The notes: a model not told the origin generated them from the letters alone. A stretch of DNA of 63,702 bases, filler included, from Parasitella parasitica NRRL 2501 (GCA_025201805.1; 8 parts of 8 records of this genome joined end to end with filler, not necessarily neighbours in it), one strand, 5' to 3'; shown: positions 49,018 to 62,348, counted from the first letter of the whole stretch. Numbers and translations are program-made.

Positions 49018-51235
49018 ATGAAGAGAGTTGTAGATTTTCAAGAAAGTGACCCTGCAAATGAAGCAGAATGGCAATTTAAAGACACCAAGACTGAAAATAA
49101 AAAACGAAAGCACAACAAAAAGAATGAAAAATTCAATGCAAAAACCGAGCGTCTTAGCCATGCCGATTTCATAAAAAAAAAAGAAGAGATGTTGGCTTTT
49201 AGAAAACAATTGCCAATCTATGCAGGTAAGGAAAAAATTTTCTTTCATGCTAGTGGATCTAATAATTCATATGCTGTGTTAGGTTGTGATGCTATTATCC
49301 AATGTTTAGAAGAGAACGATACTATCATTGTGATGGGAGAGACCGGATCTGGTAAAACCACTCGTAAGTGCATTGAATGTGTGTTTTACTTGCACGGTTC
49401 TCAAAGAGCTAACGCATGTTTCAGAGATCCCACAGTTTTTAGTAGAAGCAGGGTTAGCATCTAAAGACCTGGGTGGTGTCGCAGTAACCCAGCCTCGTCG
49501 AGTGGCCGCTGTCAATTTAGCCAAGCGTGTAGCGGAGGAAACCATGACAAAATTAGGATCCAAGGTTGGATACACAGTGCGTTTTGACGATACTTCGAGC
49601 CCACAAACCATCATCAAATATCTCACCGATGGTATGCTTCTCAGAGAGATTTTATCAGACGAACTATTGTTGCGTTATAAGGTTATCGTTTTGGATGAAG
49701 CGCACGAGCGCACACTACGAACCGACATGTTATTTGGTATGATTAAAAAGATCCAAAAGATTCGATCAGAAAAGCACGTAGAAGACAAATCAATTCAGCT
49801 TTTAAAAATTGTCATTATGAGCGCAACATTGGATGCCGAAAAGTTTAGTGGATTTTTCAACAATGCAAAGATCCTGTATGTGTCGGGTCGTCTATACCCT
49901 GTGGATACCATGTTTACCGTCGAACCACAAGCAGATTACTTGGACGCCTGTCTGGTGAGCATTTTCCAAATACACATCAATAATCCCAAGGGCGATATTT
50001 TAGTGTTTTTGCCTGGCCAAGATGCTATTGAAAGTTTGACGGCTTTAGTCAGTGAGTATTCTGCTCAATTGCGTCCTCAGCAACAACAACTATTGGCATG
50101 TCCATTATTCGCAGCTCTCCCGCCATCACAGCAACAAAAAGTATTTGACCCTGCTCCTGAAAATACTCGCAAAGTCATCCTGTCGACAAATATCGCAGAG
50201 ACCAGTATCACCATTCCAGGTATCAAGTATGTCATTGATTGTGGGCTTGCCAAGCTTCGAGGATTTAATCCGAAAATCGGTGTTGAGTCATTGCTGCTGC
50301 ATCCGATTTCTAAAAGTTCTGCATGGCAGCGCACAGGTCGTGCTGGTAGAGAAGCCGCGGGAGTGTGCTATCGCCTGTATACTGAGGGAGCATTTAGAGA
50401 GCTCGAAGACGACACTGTACCAGAAATTCGTAGATGCAATTTAGCATCCGCAGTTTTATCACTGAAAGCAACCGGCATCGATAACATCTTGGAGTTCGAT
50501 TACATGGATCGCCCTTCAAGAGCATCGCTAGTACGTGCATTAGAAGAGCTGTATGCCCTGGGTGCTATAGACGACAAGGGCGATCTTTCTGAATTGGGCA
50601 AACAGATGGCTGAATTTCCGCTTGATCCTACTTATTCCAAAGTGCTGATTCAGTCCAAAGAATATGGCTGTTCTTTAGAAGTTATTGCCATCATTTCACT
50701 ATTATCTGTAGATTCTATCTTTTTCACACCATCTGATAAGCGTGAACAAGCTTCCGAGGCCAGAAAAAAGTTCCTACATCCAGATGGCGATCACCTAACG
50801 CTTTTAAACGTGCTCAAGTCGTATTGGGAAGTCAAGGGTGATATCGAATGGTGCAAGGAGAATTTCATCAATAATAGAAATATTAGAATTGCTTTGGAAA
50901 TTCGGGATCAACTGGTGCGTTTTTGCGAACGAATTGACATGAATCACAACAGTTCATGTGGGTCGGATACAGACAGGGTCCTCAAGTGCTTTTTGACTGG
51001 ATTCTTTCAGAACACTGCCTTGTTACAGCCAGATGGATCTTACAAAAGTGTTGCAGGCAGCCAATTAGTGAAAATTCATCCAGGGTCTGCGATGTTTGGT
51101 AAACGTGTTGAAGGCATCTTGTATAACGAATTAGTGTTTACCACAAAGCATTATGTAAGAGGTGTTTCTGCTATACAGTCTGCTTGGCTGCCGTTGGCGG
51201 CACCCAAATATTTTAACAATGTAAAATCAAAATAA
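49018..51235 (+). CDS. DHR2: DEAH-box RNA helicase Dhr2/DHX33-like
   Basis: GETGSGKTT, TQPRRVAA, DEAHER, MSAT, STNIAETSITI and QRTGRAGR, plus HA2/OB-type C-terminus. Confidence 0.88.
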
Positions 51236-51510
51236 AGCTTTTATGCATGACATGTATTTCAATTGAACAATGATGGACAATGGCCGTCAGTCAACGCTGA
51301 TATTTACCAATGCTACTGACAGTGTTTACTTGAAGCCTGTTCTGCAACCTTTCGGGATAGCAACATTGACGAAATGCGTATTTATAATAACGCTTACATA
51401 GTTCTAGCAATCAAGTAATATGCACACCATTTTCTCAAGTAAACAGGCAAAAAAAAAGTCCCTTTACTTTTTTTTTCCCTAGCTTTTTTTTCCCTCTACA
51501 TGAATCAAAA

Positions 51511-52840
51511 ATGCAAAATAACCAAATACCACCCCATTTAATGCAACAGTATCAACAGCAACAGCAGACACCGCAACGAGTTTTTCATCCTCAGGTTGCT
51601 TATCCCATCATGTCAAATATTATGCCCTCAGAAAGAACGCAAGGGGTATTTTCTACCTATCCTGCACGGCTCAAGCTTTCAGATGACAATGCACTGTTGC
51701 TGCCAGAATCCTACGTTACTAAAAAGACGCGTTTTAGAGGGAATGAGTCAGAAGATGAATTTGATCAAATGATGGAAGAATCTGATGATGACGATGAAGA
51801 CAAGGATGAAGAGCGCAATGATTCTAAAAAAGGTAGTGGCGATAACAAAAATGTAACGAGCATTGCAACAACTTCAACAGCAGCAGTAGCGGCAATACCG
51901 CCAGTAGCAGCTCCTCCTCCTCCAGCAGAATGGCCCAAAGTAATCCGTCGAAAGGGCGATACCTTCTATTCAAGTTTGGAATTGAGCAAGATATCAGAAA
52001 TCGAAGAGAATCTAGTGCCAATTCGACTAGACATCGACATTGATTCAATCAAGTTGAGAGATCGGTTTTTATGGAATTTAAATGAGCAGTATTTGACGCC
52101 TGACAAATTTGCTGTAATGCTATGCCAAGACCTTGATTTACCACAACTCAAGTTTATCCAGCCTATTGCTGATTCAATTCGTGCTCAAATTATAGATTTT
52201 GAAACGTACAGTCAAGCAAAATTACCACACGAGCATACGCGGGTTACTATCAATGCAAGTATATGGACATTGTCAAGGAAAAATTCTATCTAACATGACA
52301 ACCCCCTCCCCTCCCTACTTTTGTGATATATTTAGCTTGATTTACAAGTTGGTAAAGTGAATTATAGAGACCAATTCGAATGGGAATTGCAGAATGAAAA
52401 GACAAACGGGCCCGAAGTTTTTAGTCGTCAATTGGCATCTGAACTTGGCGTGGGAGGAGAGTATGTTGCTATTATATCGCATGCAATTCGAGAGCAGTTA
52501 TTGCTGCATAAAAAACAATATGTCGATGAGGTTTGTTGGTTGCTTTTTCTGTCACAGTCCAGAATACTCAATGTTTAATGCATTTAGTTTATGATGGACG
52601 CCGAGATCCGAACACGTCTCGATAACGGATTTAGATCTATTCAGGATGCTAAAAAATGGGCTCCTCGTATGGATATGCTGTCAAATGATGAATTAGAGAA
52701 ATTGCTGATAGCTCAGGAAAGAAATATTAGGTTAGTAGAGCATAACTATCGCTGTTTCCTTTGCTGATTTTTTTCTGCTTCTTAGACGTATGCGAAGAGA
52801 AACAAGATTCAAGAGACAAACCAGAGGTCGACAATCATGA
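51511..52840 (+). CDS. SFH1: SNF5-family chromatin remodeller subunit (Sfh1-like)
   Basis: STYPARLK, LVPIRLDID, LRDRFLWNLNE, YRDQFEW and QERNIRRMRR. Probable GC-AG intron at about 52255. Confidence 0.8.
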
Positions 52841-52920
52841 TTTTGAGGAGTACAACAGAGCGAGCCGTTCGTTTATTCATATATATATAAGATAATAAAG
52901 AAAAGATGTTAAATCGGTAT

Positions 52921-53168
52921 TTAATGGTGTTCGTCGTGATGATCATCTCCATGGTGATCCCAAGGATGTCTCCAACCCTATTTGAAACTGTGAGTATGCA
53001 CATGCTGATACCAAATGCTGATTTTACCAAAAGAACAGGGCCGTCTTGTTTAGCACGATACATCATCCAAAACCACATGGTGGCACCTAATGCCTTTCCA
53101 ACGAAACGGTGGGTAAATCCGGCAAAATGTGGGTGGAATCCTAAACCTCCTGCAGCAGAACCAGCCAT
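52921..53168 (-). CDS. Complex I accessory subunit NDUFB2 (AGGG)-like
   Basis: HRFVGKALGATMWFWMMYRAKQDGPVLL/GWRHPWDHH. Confidence 0.85.
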
Positions 53169-53784
53169 GATTGTATAATGTAGTTTTATTCAAGTTAGAG
53201 TGGGGTGATGGAAAGAGAGTAAAAAGAATATGTTGTTTTTCTTCGGAGTTGCAGATATTCTCCAGTTTGAACAATACATGGGGACCATCTTCTTGACTTG
53301 CGCATCATCAAATACCACAGTACATCTTCAACAGGGTTATTCCGGCTCGGCTTATCGGGGATCGCATCTGGAATAGGGGATCAAACAGCTGCCAAAGCTT
53401 TTGTAAAATCTTGAGGGACACAAGCACAAGATCCTCCTCTTCCAGCATCACTAAGAAGGTAATGTAATGTTTTATTTGTAGTGTAGAGAGATGCCCATCA
53501 ATCCATCCATCAAATTATCGATACCCAAGTAGACGATATATGATGCACTGATAGTCATATCGATTCAGTAGCCAAAAGTGTTTTGTTGCAACTTGCAGAG
53601 GTGGATTCTGATTTTGTTGTTAGACATAAACACCCGAAAATTTTAACATTACTGTCGACATGTTTTGCAGCATAAACATCAACAGATAGAAGTTGGATGT
53701 GTACTAGTGGCTATCTCTCTACAATATCAAGTGAGCTTGTTTATATTAAGCCTATTCTGTTTTTGTTCATATATAGCTTTAAAA

Positions 53785-54250
53785 ATGGTTACTCCTGCCG
53801 TAAAGCACACCATCGTGAAGAAGCGTACTGCTACCTTCAAGCGCCACCAATCTAACCGTTTCATGCGTGTCGGTGTAAGTAGTATACAAATTGATTGATT
53901 TGACCCTTAAAAAGCATGGCACTAAGGTTCAATTTGGCATGTAGGAATCTTGGAGAAAGCCCAAGGGTATCGATTGTAACATGCGTCGTCGCTTCAAGGG
54001 TCAAGCCCCTATGCCCAAGATTGGTTATGGTTCTGCCAAAAAGACTCGTGACCTCTTGCCCAACGGATTCCGCAAGTTCACCGTCTCCAACGTTCGTGAA
54101 CTCAACCTCTTGTTGATGCACAATCGCTCTTATGCTGCTGAGATTGCCCACAATGTCTCTTCCAAGAAGCGTGTTGCTCTCCTCGAGCGTGCTGCTCAAC
54201 TCAACGTTAAGGTCATCAACGCTGGTGCTCGTCTTAGATCCCAAGAGTAA
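53785..54250 (+). CDS. RPL32: 60S ribosomal protein eL32
   Basis: [28 protein letters not shown] and [11 protein letters not shown]. Confidence 0.95.
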
Positions 54251-54311
54251 AATATACAGCATCTTTCTTTATTATATAAAAATGACGCACAGTTTTTTTT
54301 TCGGGCTACAT

Positions 54312-55094
54312 CTAAAGTTCTCCACAGTTCGTAATAGTTATTGTTGTTTGGGGTTGTTCTTTAACCTGGGACACTTGATTTATCGCTGTCAAGACATCGA
54401 ATCCCTCAGTAACTTGGCCAAAAATGACGTATTTTCCGTTGATTTTGTCAAATTGAGCATGTTTGTCACTGAGTGTTATAAAAAATTGGGATGTGTTTGA
54501 GTTCTTGCCTGAATTGGCCATGGCGACTAATCCAGTTGCATTGAATTTTTTAGACAGACCTGGTTTTTCGTCGTTAAACTTGCCATTATAGATGCTGTCT
54601 CCGCCAGAGCCATCGCCTTTTGTACATGTTATTTATCTCGCAATGATCTTTATGATGATACTGCATAAATTACCTCGGGTAACATCGCCTCCTTGCACCA
54701 TAAAATCATTCACGAGTCGAAACATGCATGTATCCTGGTAGTGCAAAGGCTTTTTTGAGCTCTTTCCAATCCTACCTCCAGTGCAAAGCTGAACAAAGTT
54801 ATCGCTTGTCTTGGGACATTCTTTGTCGTTGAGCTCAATGACAATCTGACCACCTCTTAATGGTGTAGGCGCATCTACAATCCATCTCTCACTTGCTGCT
54901 GTTGGGTCGTTTGATAAAACATCGCGTAATGTTTCTTTATCCTCTGCTTCAAATTGATCAAGATCATCACTGGCAAACCCATATGTGCTCTGCCAGTGCT
55001 TCACCCACGATTTCGCGCTATTGTATCGCTTTAGAGTGTCTGTGTATGATGCGATATCCCCTATTTTTATCTCGAGAAATACTTTACGTGTCAT
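54312..55094 (-). CDS. Cyclophilin-type peptidyl-prolyl isomerase
   Basis: CPKTSDNFVQLCTG, FRLVNDFMVQGGD, GLVAMANSGKNSNTSQFFITL and YVIFGQV. Confidence 0.88.
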
Positions 55095-55718
55095 TTTCGC
55101 TTGTGAATATTTGAGACGAAGAGCAGTAATGCCAAAGTGCAAACTTTTCAACAGCTGGATCCGGCTGAATGTCAAATTATCATGGGTTAATGTTTAATAT
55201 AGAGTGCTTGCCTAACGTCTGTGTATGCACCAGGTTCTACGTTAACCACTTTTATTCACTCGCAGTTGCTTAAGCTAGTGAAATCTAGAGTTTATTTTAA
55301 CAGATCTGACAGCAGTTCCATATAAGAATGATCCAAAAAAGCTAATTCTACACACTCGTGAGCATCTAGATAGTGACTAACTGGATCTCGATGTTTCCTC
55401 AAATTAACTTGGTGCTATGATCATTCCTATGATAAGTCTCGCTCTCATTTGTTCTTGATCCTCATTCATGTTTTATGATACATGACCTCTAGTTACAGCT
55501 TTTAGTTTTGAAAAGTTTAGTTTACATAATGGCCAATGATGTACGATTCTCCGTACGGGGACAGATGTATATGGATGATGGTGCTCAACCAAAAAGAGGA
55601 ATGGCCATAGTGACGTAGAAATTTCAGTTGTTTTAGCACTCACTGTAGTGCTTGTATATACCCTCAGCTTTTTCTACTTTTTTCCAGAGATTTGAGGGGG
55701 GGCAATATAACAAAAATA

Positions 55719-56945
55719 ATGCACTATACAGTCAAATCACTAGTTGTTTCTTGCCAAGATACATTGACGAAATACTTGGATGGTAAATTTGAGGAAGGCC
55801 TTTAACCATACACATTTTATGCTAATCTCCAGTGAATAGTTGTTTCTGAAGTTGGCTGCGTTCCATATTCACTATTGAAAAGCTCACTTGTTCACGCTAC
55901 ACCACAACAATTGTATAAAATTGAAAAAGCAAACCCAGTGAGTCTATAAGTTTGTAAAGAAAAAGGAAAAACTATACGACATTAACATTTCTTTTTCTAT
56001 TCGTCAAGGACATTGCTGCAGAATCAGATGGTAAAAACAAACCATCAGCCCAAAGTTTAGAAATACTAACATTTTGATTTGAAGAATTATGGCTCAAGCA
56101 CTGCCTAACGTATAAAGACATTCGAGACGATTATTACGAACATGGTTTATACCGTGAACCCAAGAAATGGCGAGAATTATATCTGGTAGGTCTCGAACCA
56201 GCAGAAAAAGCATTGTCTCACACAGAGTTCACACATGTAGAACCGCTTTAAAGAGAACGAGAAAAAACGACAATTAATCAAACAAAAAGTGAAAAGTCAG
56301 TACAACAAGATTCAAAACGAAAAAGAAAAGAGATCCATCAAAGTATTACATAGTGTTGTTCCATCTTCTAGTAAACGTTCGTATGAATCTGCCCGTAAGT
56401 TCATTCTGTATGAATCGCAAATGAAGTCCTTTCGTTCTCACTTATAAACACATAAATTTTCAATGTTAGGACGATCAACAATGAGCAAATTATTCCAGCA
56501 AACAAAAAAAGAGACTGATAAAGTGTAAGTAGTATAGCAATAAATTGATTAACTAATTGACTCGCTAAAGTAATCCCTTTATATGTATAGTGCATCGATT
56601 TATCATCAAAAGCGACCTACTTCAACATTTCGTACACAGTTACCCTCATCATCAACTATTATCAGAGTTCCCAAACGACCATCTCAATTAACTCAGGCTT
56701 ATCAAGCCTATCAATCAAAATACCCAAGGCTCCGCTCACCTCCATCACCTGCTCCATTAATTGCACCTAGACCACGGACATTTGTTTCTGAAGATTGGAA
56801 ATCCAAAAAGCAAAGACAAAACGAAAACAAAAAGAGGCCAGCTGCGTTGGTCAATTTTAACAAATTTAAAGAGGTTTGTACATCTAGAGTATACTCTAAA
56901 TTCAAATACAAAGTTGCTAATACAAACATAATACAGCTATCTTGA
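55719..56945 (+). CDS. Elongin A (Ela1)-like protein, multi-exon
   Basis: Manual splice: MHYTVKSLVVSCQDTL, VGCVPYSLLKSSLVHATPQQLYKIEKANP and ELWLKHC..WRELYL. Confidence 0.75.
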
Positions 56946-57181
56946 AAGGAAAGAAAAAAGGGAGAAGGAGAGACGGATTGAAATCTCCCGAGGGAAAGAC
57001 ACTACCTCTCCTGATCTGTATTATTACAGTACTCGATCAACTCTAATTATGTGCAGGTTTCAATCAAGGAGGATATTTTGTTTTTGATTTGCGAGAGATA
57101 AAGAAGAAGATAATGATACAATGGGTTTGAACTGTATTTCTTGATAACAGGCTCCGTATACAAGGTTGGGGTCTCATCCGA

Positions 57182-57307
57182 CTAGATTTTTTTTTTGGTT
57201 TCGGAGAGCGTAGCTCTCCGAAACCAAAAAAACAACGCATTAATTTGAACTATCGATTATGGTAGGCAAATGCATCATATGTAACCAGCTTTCGAGAGCT
57301 ATTATGA
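57182..57307 (-). mobile_element. Helitron 3' terminus
   Basis: Perfect hairpin ggtttcggagagc-tac-gctctccgaaacc, then 11 nt, then CTAG|T on the minus strand. Confidence 0.7.
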
Positions 57308-57431
57308 NNNNNNNNNNNNNNNNNNNNNNNNNNNNNNNNNNNNNNNNNNNNTTAATTAATTAANNNNNNNNNNNNNNNNNNNNNNNNNNNNNNNNNNNNN
57401 NNNNNNNTATTTGAACATAAACAATGAGCAT

Positions 57432-57741
57432 TGACGTGTCAATTTCCCAACCGGAAGTCAAACTCAAGTAAACTCAATCCTGAACACAATTCAGGAACAT
57501 ATCCCAATGGATCATGTTCCTTATTTATAACTCAACATGACATGTTCATGGATAATAGATACGATCTATATCGTTCCATTCTCTAAATCACACCATGTCT
57601 CACACTTGTATCTTATCCTCCCATCAGTCCACTTAGATTCACTAGTATATAAACCATCATTTTTTCCATCTAATAAACGAGATCTTGACCTGATTAACTC
57701 ACAACCGTTTTATTTGAATAATTTCTCATTCTGATAAATCA
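57432..57741 (+). mobile_element. LTR family B, uninterrupted copy
   Basis: TGACG...AATCA. Reverse complement of 43574-43776 joined to 44432-44536. Confidence 0.85.
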
Positions 57742-57859
57742 ATGTACTTCAATGGAATATTGAAAATGGTCCAATGATGCGATATGATACGCTTGGTAAA
57801 TTGGAGAATAAAGTCTCTGTTTCAAATCAAAAAGGTCACTACTCTAGGATTAGCTAGTA

Positions 57860-58830
57860 GGTATTTACCCAAGACATCATCGCAAAGTTTCTGAAGTGAC
57901 CATTGCTTTAATGAGTCTGTGTGGCCCATTTCCATATATCTACTTCTTCCCAGATCAAGAAAAGCTTTTGGGTGATATCAAGTTTTGTCAACATGGTAAT
58001 CAGCTTCAAGTTTCTGCAAATCTTGTTTGATACAACGTCCCACTTTAATGACATTGGTATCTTCAATCAAGAGCTTCAGCTGACCTGGCATTTGATAGGT
58101 ATTACCAAGATGAAATAGGTATACAGATGTTTTGAATGCAATTTGTATCAATAATGTTTTCTGCCTGAACGAAGCTTTGTTGATATATTTTGTTGTCCAC
58201 TCGCAATCAAAGCCTATGTGTATCGGTATAATGCGACCACTGACATCTGCATTCAAGCAATTAATTAATCTTGAGGCCATCGTATTAATTTGTACAGCAG
58301 ATTGCGGTATATAATGGAACATTATCAGGAAGTGTATAAGCTGGAAGAAGGCCTGAATTGACTCCAAGCTCCTCGTTGGTATGCTGGACGTTTTCTTTCA
58401 ATGATGAAATCCATCGTTCCAGACTTGGCTGATCAGCCACGATATTACCTCAGTGTAGAAAATACGAGGTTTTTCTTCCTCGTTTTTCAAATAAGTCTTC
58501 ATCATCTCTACAGAGCGTTCTTCCAAATGCAGTAGGGACTTTGTTGGGCCAAGAACCATCATAAAAATCTCCTCAAATTCGTTACAAACGGTTCAAAGAG
58601 TTTTGAATATGGAGACACCTTTAAGTTTTGCTATTTTTTTTAATAATTTTGAAGGTGTGATCTCCTTTTGACACAACACCGCCAAGCTTCATCATTTTTG
58701 AATCAATTTTTGCCTTCAGATTTTCCATATATACAAAGTATACACATAACCAATATACACAGCTGAAGGCACACGGCCAGAGTATCCCTTTGAATCTTCA
58801 AATTCTAAAAAATCAGCTGCTGCTTTATAT
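57860..58830 (-). pseudogene. Second, diverged copy of the exonuclease-containing transposase
   Basis: GYSGRVPSA, KGDHTFKIIK, TVCNEFEEI..GPTKSL, IFYT, IHIGFDCEW, LIQIA and KVGRCIKQD. Confidence 0.7.
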
Positions 58831-59177
58831 GTGCAATAAAATTGGGATCAATTTTATGTGAAAATAAAAAAAATAAAAAAAACAAGACATCAGCATTTAA
58901 AATACAAACATTATGATAGCTATATTACTTCACAGACGCTTTGTATGATTTGTTTTATTGAATTCTACCAAAAAGCAAAAGGTCGGGATTATATTATACC
59001 ATGGATATGAGTTTAAGAAGCAATTATTTATAAAGTGTAGTGTGCCCTGGCGGGCGGCCTGGTTTTNNNNNNNNNNNNNNNNNNNNNNNNNNNNNNNNNN
59101 NNNNNNNNNNTTAATTAATTAANNNNNNNNNNNNNNNNNNNNNNNNNNNNNNNNNNNNNNNNNNNNAACAAACTATT

Positions 59178-59477
59178 TGATATGTTACATCAGCTCATAT
59201 TCTTGGATCAATCTCAACAATGAAACATATCAAACCAATTGACAACGATAACACGGTGTATTTTCTATTCGTTCATCAACAGTGACAACATACTATCACA
59301 TTAATCTATTGGTTATTACAGCTACCATCTCAGTTGTAGTAAATAATTGAAGATATAAATACCCTGTATTTATATCATAATAAACGATATACTTCTTTTA
59401 TTGTTCGGATACAGTTGAAAGCTGTGAATTATTACAAGTCTCTTTTTATTGTATTGAAATATCTGAAATATACATCA
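59178..59477 (+). repeat. 5' LTR of Ty3/gypsy element
   Basis: TGAT...ATCA termini, TATAAAT and AATAAA inside, homolog at 34172, directly upstream of gag. Confidence 0.7.
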
Positions 59478-59562
59478 TTTTTTTTTCACAAGTCAAATCT
59501 TCTGGAATCCTTACCTCTATTTACTACCTCTATTGTTCTCTCTTTTTGTGCTATTTTCTAAA

Positions 59563-62348
59563 ATGAATCCTGTTAACCCTTCTGCTACTGCTTCTGGTTC
59601 CAACGCTGCTGCTGGACCTTCTTCTGTTACTTCTGCTGGTTCTTCTAACCATTCTGGTAAACAATCTGTTTCTGCTCTTTCTTCTGGTGCTCCTGTTGAT
59701 ATTGGTGGTGCTGATGTGACTCCCGAGTCGTCTACTGCTATGGATATCGATAGCCATCCATTTTCGTCAATTGGAAGTACTGTTGACCCCGACCGTCAAT
59801 TACTTCAATTGAAAGAAAACCTGAACCAGCTTATGGTTCAAGTGACGCTTGCCTCTGCAAAGGTTTCTGCTACAAATGGTGCTGCCCGGCAGTCTGCTGT
59901 TTGTGAGTTGGAATCCTTGTCCAAGTCTGTGGAGAAACTGGTCGTTGTGAGAGACTGTTTGTTGGCATCTAATGCTACTGAACGTCGTCTTAGACCTTCT
60001 CCTGCTAGCTCTGCTAGTGTAGTCTGCCCCAACAATTTGCCTGTGTTTCAATGGGAAGGTGCTGTCTTTGATGCAAAGAGTACCGTTTTCGTTGATGTTG
60101 ATGCTTGTCTGACCAAGTTCGAGGATGTCATGTTTGCATACAACCTGAATTTTGATGCCGAGTATCGTCGTCTGGTTCCGCCTATGCTGTCACCTACTCA
60201 GCGTACGTGGTATCAGTCATTTTTGGCAAATTGTAAGGAGTCTACGTCTTGGATTGCATTCAAAAGTGCCTTCAAGGCTCGTTACGGGTTGAGTGTTCTC
60301 GATGACCGCCAACGTTGTGCATCTGACTTGATGGCAATGGTCTTGGTGCCTGGTGAGTCGATTGAATCGTTCGTTGATCGATTCAATGATTTGCGTCGTC
60401 GATCGCACGATCAAGTCCCGCAGTCTTTCTTGTTGGTAACTCGTTTTATGAATGCTTTGCCGCCCAGTCTTAAAGAAAAGGTGAACCTTACCCGCCATAG
60501 TCGTGGGATTAATGAGGACATTTCAGTAGATAAGATCATTCAGATCACCCGTGATCTTGTTGGATCTATGTCGCCTGCTGAAGTGGCTGACATGATGGTC
60601 AGTAAGTTGTCGCCTCCTGCTGTTGTTTCTGGTTCTTCTGCCTCGAAATGGGCGTCTAAGCCTTTGTCAGAGAAGGCTATCCCGGTTCAAGGTGCTTCTT
60701 TGTCGCGAGTTTCTAAGGCTGTTTCAAAGAAGAAAACCTGCAAGTATCATGAGGGCCGCCCACACAATCATGACACATCTGAATGCAAGAGTTTTCAAGG
60801 CAATGCTCGTGTTGCTGCTGGTAATGCTGCTCCCAAGGGTGATAAGGCGCAATACATTATGTCGCTAAAGGAAGCCCGTGAAACCGATCGTTGCCGCACC
60901 TGTGGGTGGAATAACTTCTCACGTGGCCCCCATGATTGTCCTGGCGCTAGTACGACTGCTGTGCGTACTGGTCCTCCTCCATCTAGCTCTTTGCATCGTT
61001 TTGGTATGATGGATTTGGTTCCTGGTTCTTCTGCTGCTGGTAGTGATGCTACATCGTCTACCCCCGAAACAGGTCGCTACTGTGATTTCCATGGTCGCAA
61101 TACGCATGGCAATCAAGATTGCAAGGTTCTGCAAAAAGTCTCTGCTATGGGCTTCACGCGTGCTGCTTCTTCTTCTTCTTCTTCTGCTTCTTCTTCTGCT
61201 GCTCCATCAGCAACATCTGGTCTTCCCTTGGAAGCTTCTCAGGCTGACTCTGCTGCTGCTACGTTGAATGACAATATCGACAAGTTGAGTGTGCATGATG
61301 ACGCCATGGATATTGACCAGATGGTTGCTATAGAAGCACAAAAATGTAAGATTAATGAATATTCGAATTTGCCTGTTAACAAATCAAACTCACTTCTGAT
61401 ACCCTTAATTGTAGAACAAGTCAAGGTGTATGGTGTTCTTGATACTGGGTGTACTTTTTCCATTTGTGCGCCGCAGTTTGCTGAATCTTTAGGTGTAGCA
61501 ATCAACTATGCTGTGGATGGTAATGTTCAATTGGGACATACGTCTACTTTGCAACCTAGAATTGGCACTTGTTATTTAAAAGTTTTTTACAATAAAAGAT
61601 CTTTTACTCACAAATTCGAGATATTTGATTTCTTTACTGAATCCAATGATTGTCCAATTTTGCTTGGTCTTGACATTATGTCTGATTTGAAAATTGGAAT
61701 CACTGGCTTGACATCATCATGGTTTGAGTACACGGGACCTGAACTGCCGTCTCCTATTGACCCTGATTGTGAGCCTAACAATGATCCCTATGGCACTCCA
61801 TTTGAGCGTGAACAAGCTTTTAAGCCTATTGAAGCGTTGTTAAAAGAAAATGCTGCCATTGATCTTGCGTCGACTTACTGCAATCTTCCAGGCGCGATTG
61901 TTAAGCTGGAAACGATCCCTGGTAAGATTGCTTATCGAGCTCCATATCCAGTTCCTGTTGTCTATAAGGATGCTGTCTTGGCTCAACTTGCTCAATGGGA
62001 AAAAGAGGGTGTTATTGAGCCTAGTCCTAGTCACAATGGTTGGAATCATCCTCTGCTTGTGGTTGCCAAGAAGAATAGTGCAGGTGAATACTCGTTTGAC
62101 AAACCTCGTATTGTTGCCGATGTACGTCTTCTCAACCAGATTTTAGTGAGTACTGATCGCTATCAAATGCCGCGCATTGATGAGATTCACCAAAAGTTCA
62201 GTGCTGCTACTATCACAAGTTGCATTGATGTAAAGAGTTTTTTTACATCGTTTTTAGTCGATTTTAAACACCGCTACAAGTTATCAGTAACTTGTCCGTT
62301 TACTGGCAAGCAATGGTGTTTCCGGAAAATATGTTTTGGTGTTTTTTT
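59563..62348 (+). mobile_element. Ty3/gypsy Gag-protease-RT single ORF, truncated by contig end
   Basis: Gag (WIAFKSAFKARY, ESIESFVDRF), zinc knuckles, protease VLDTGCTFS, RT start (GVIEPS..WNHP, PRIVADVRLLN, IDVKSFF). Confidence 0.92.
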
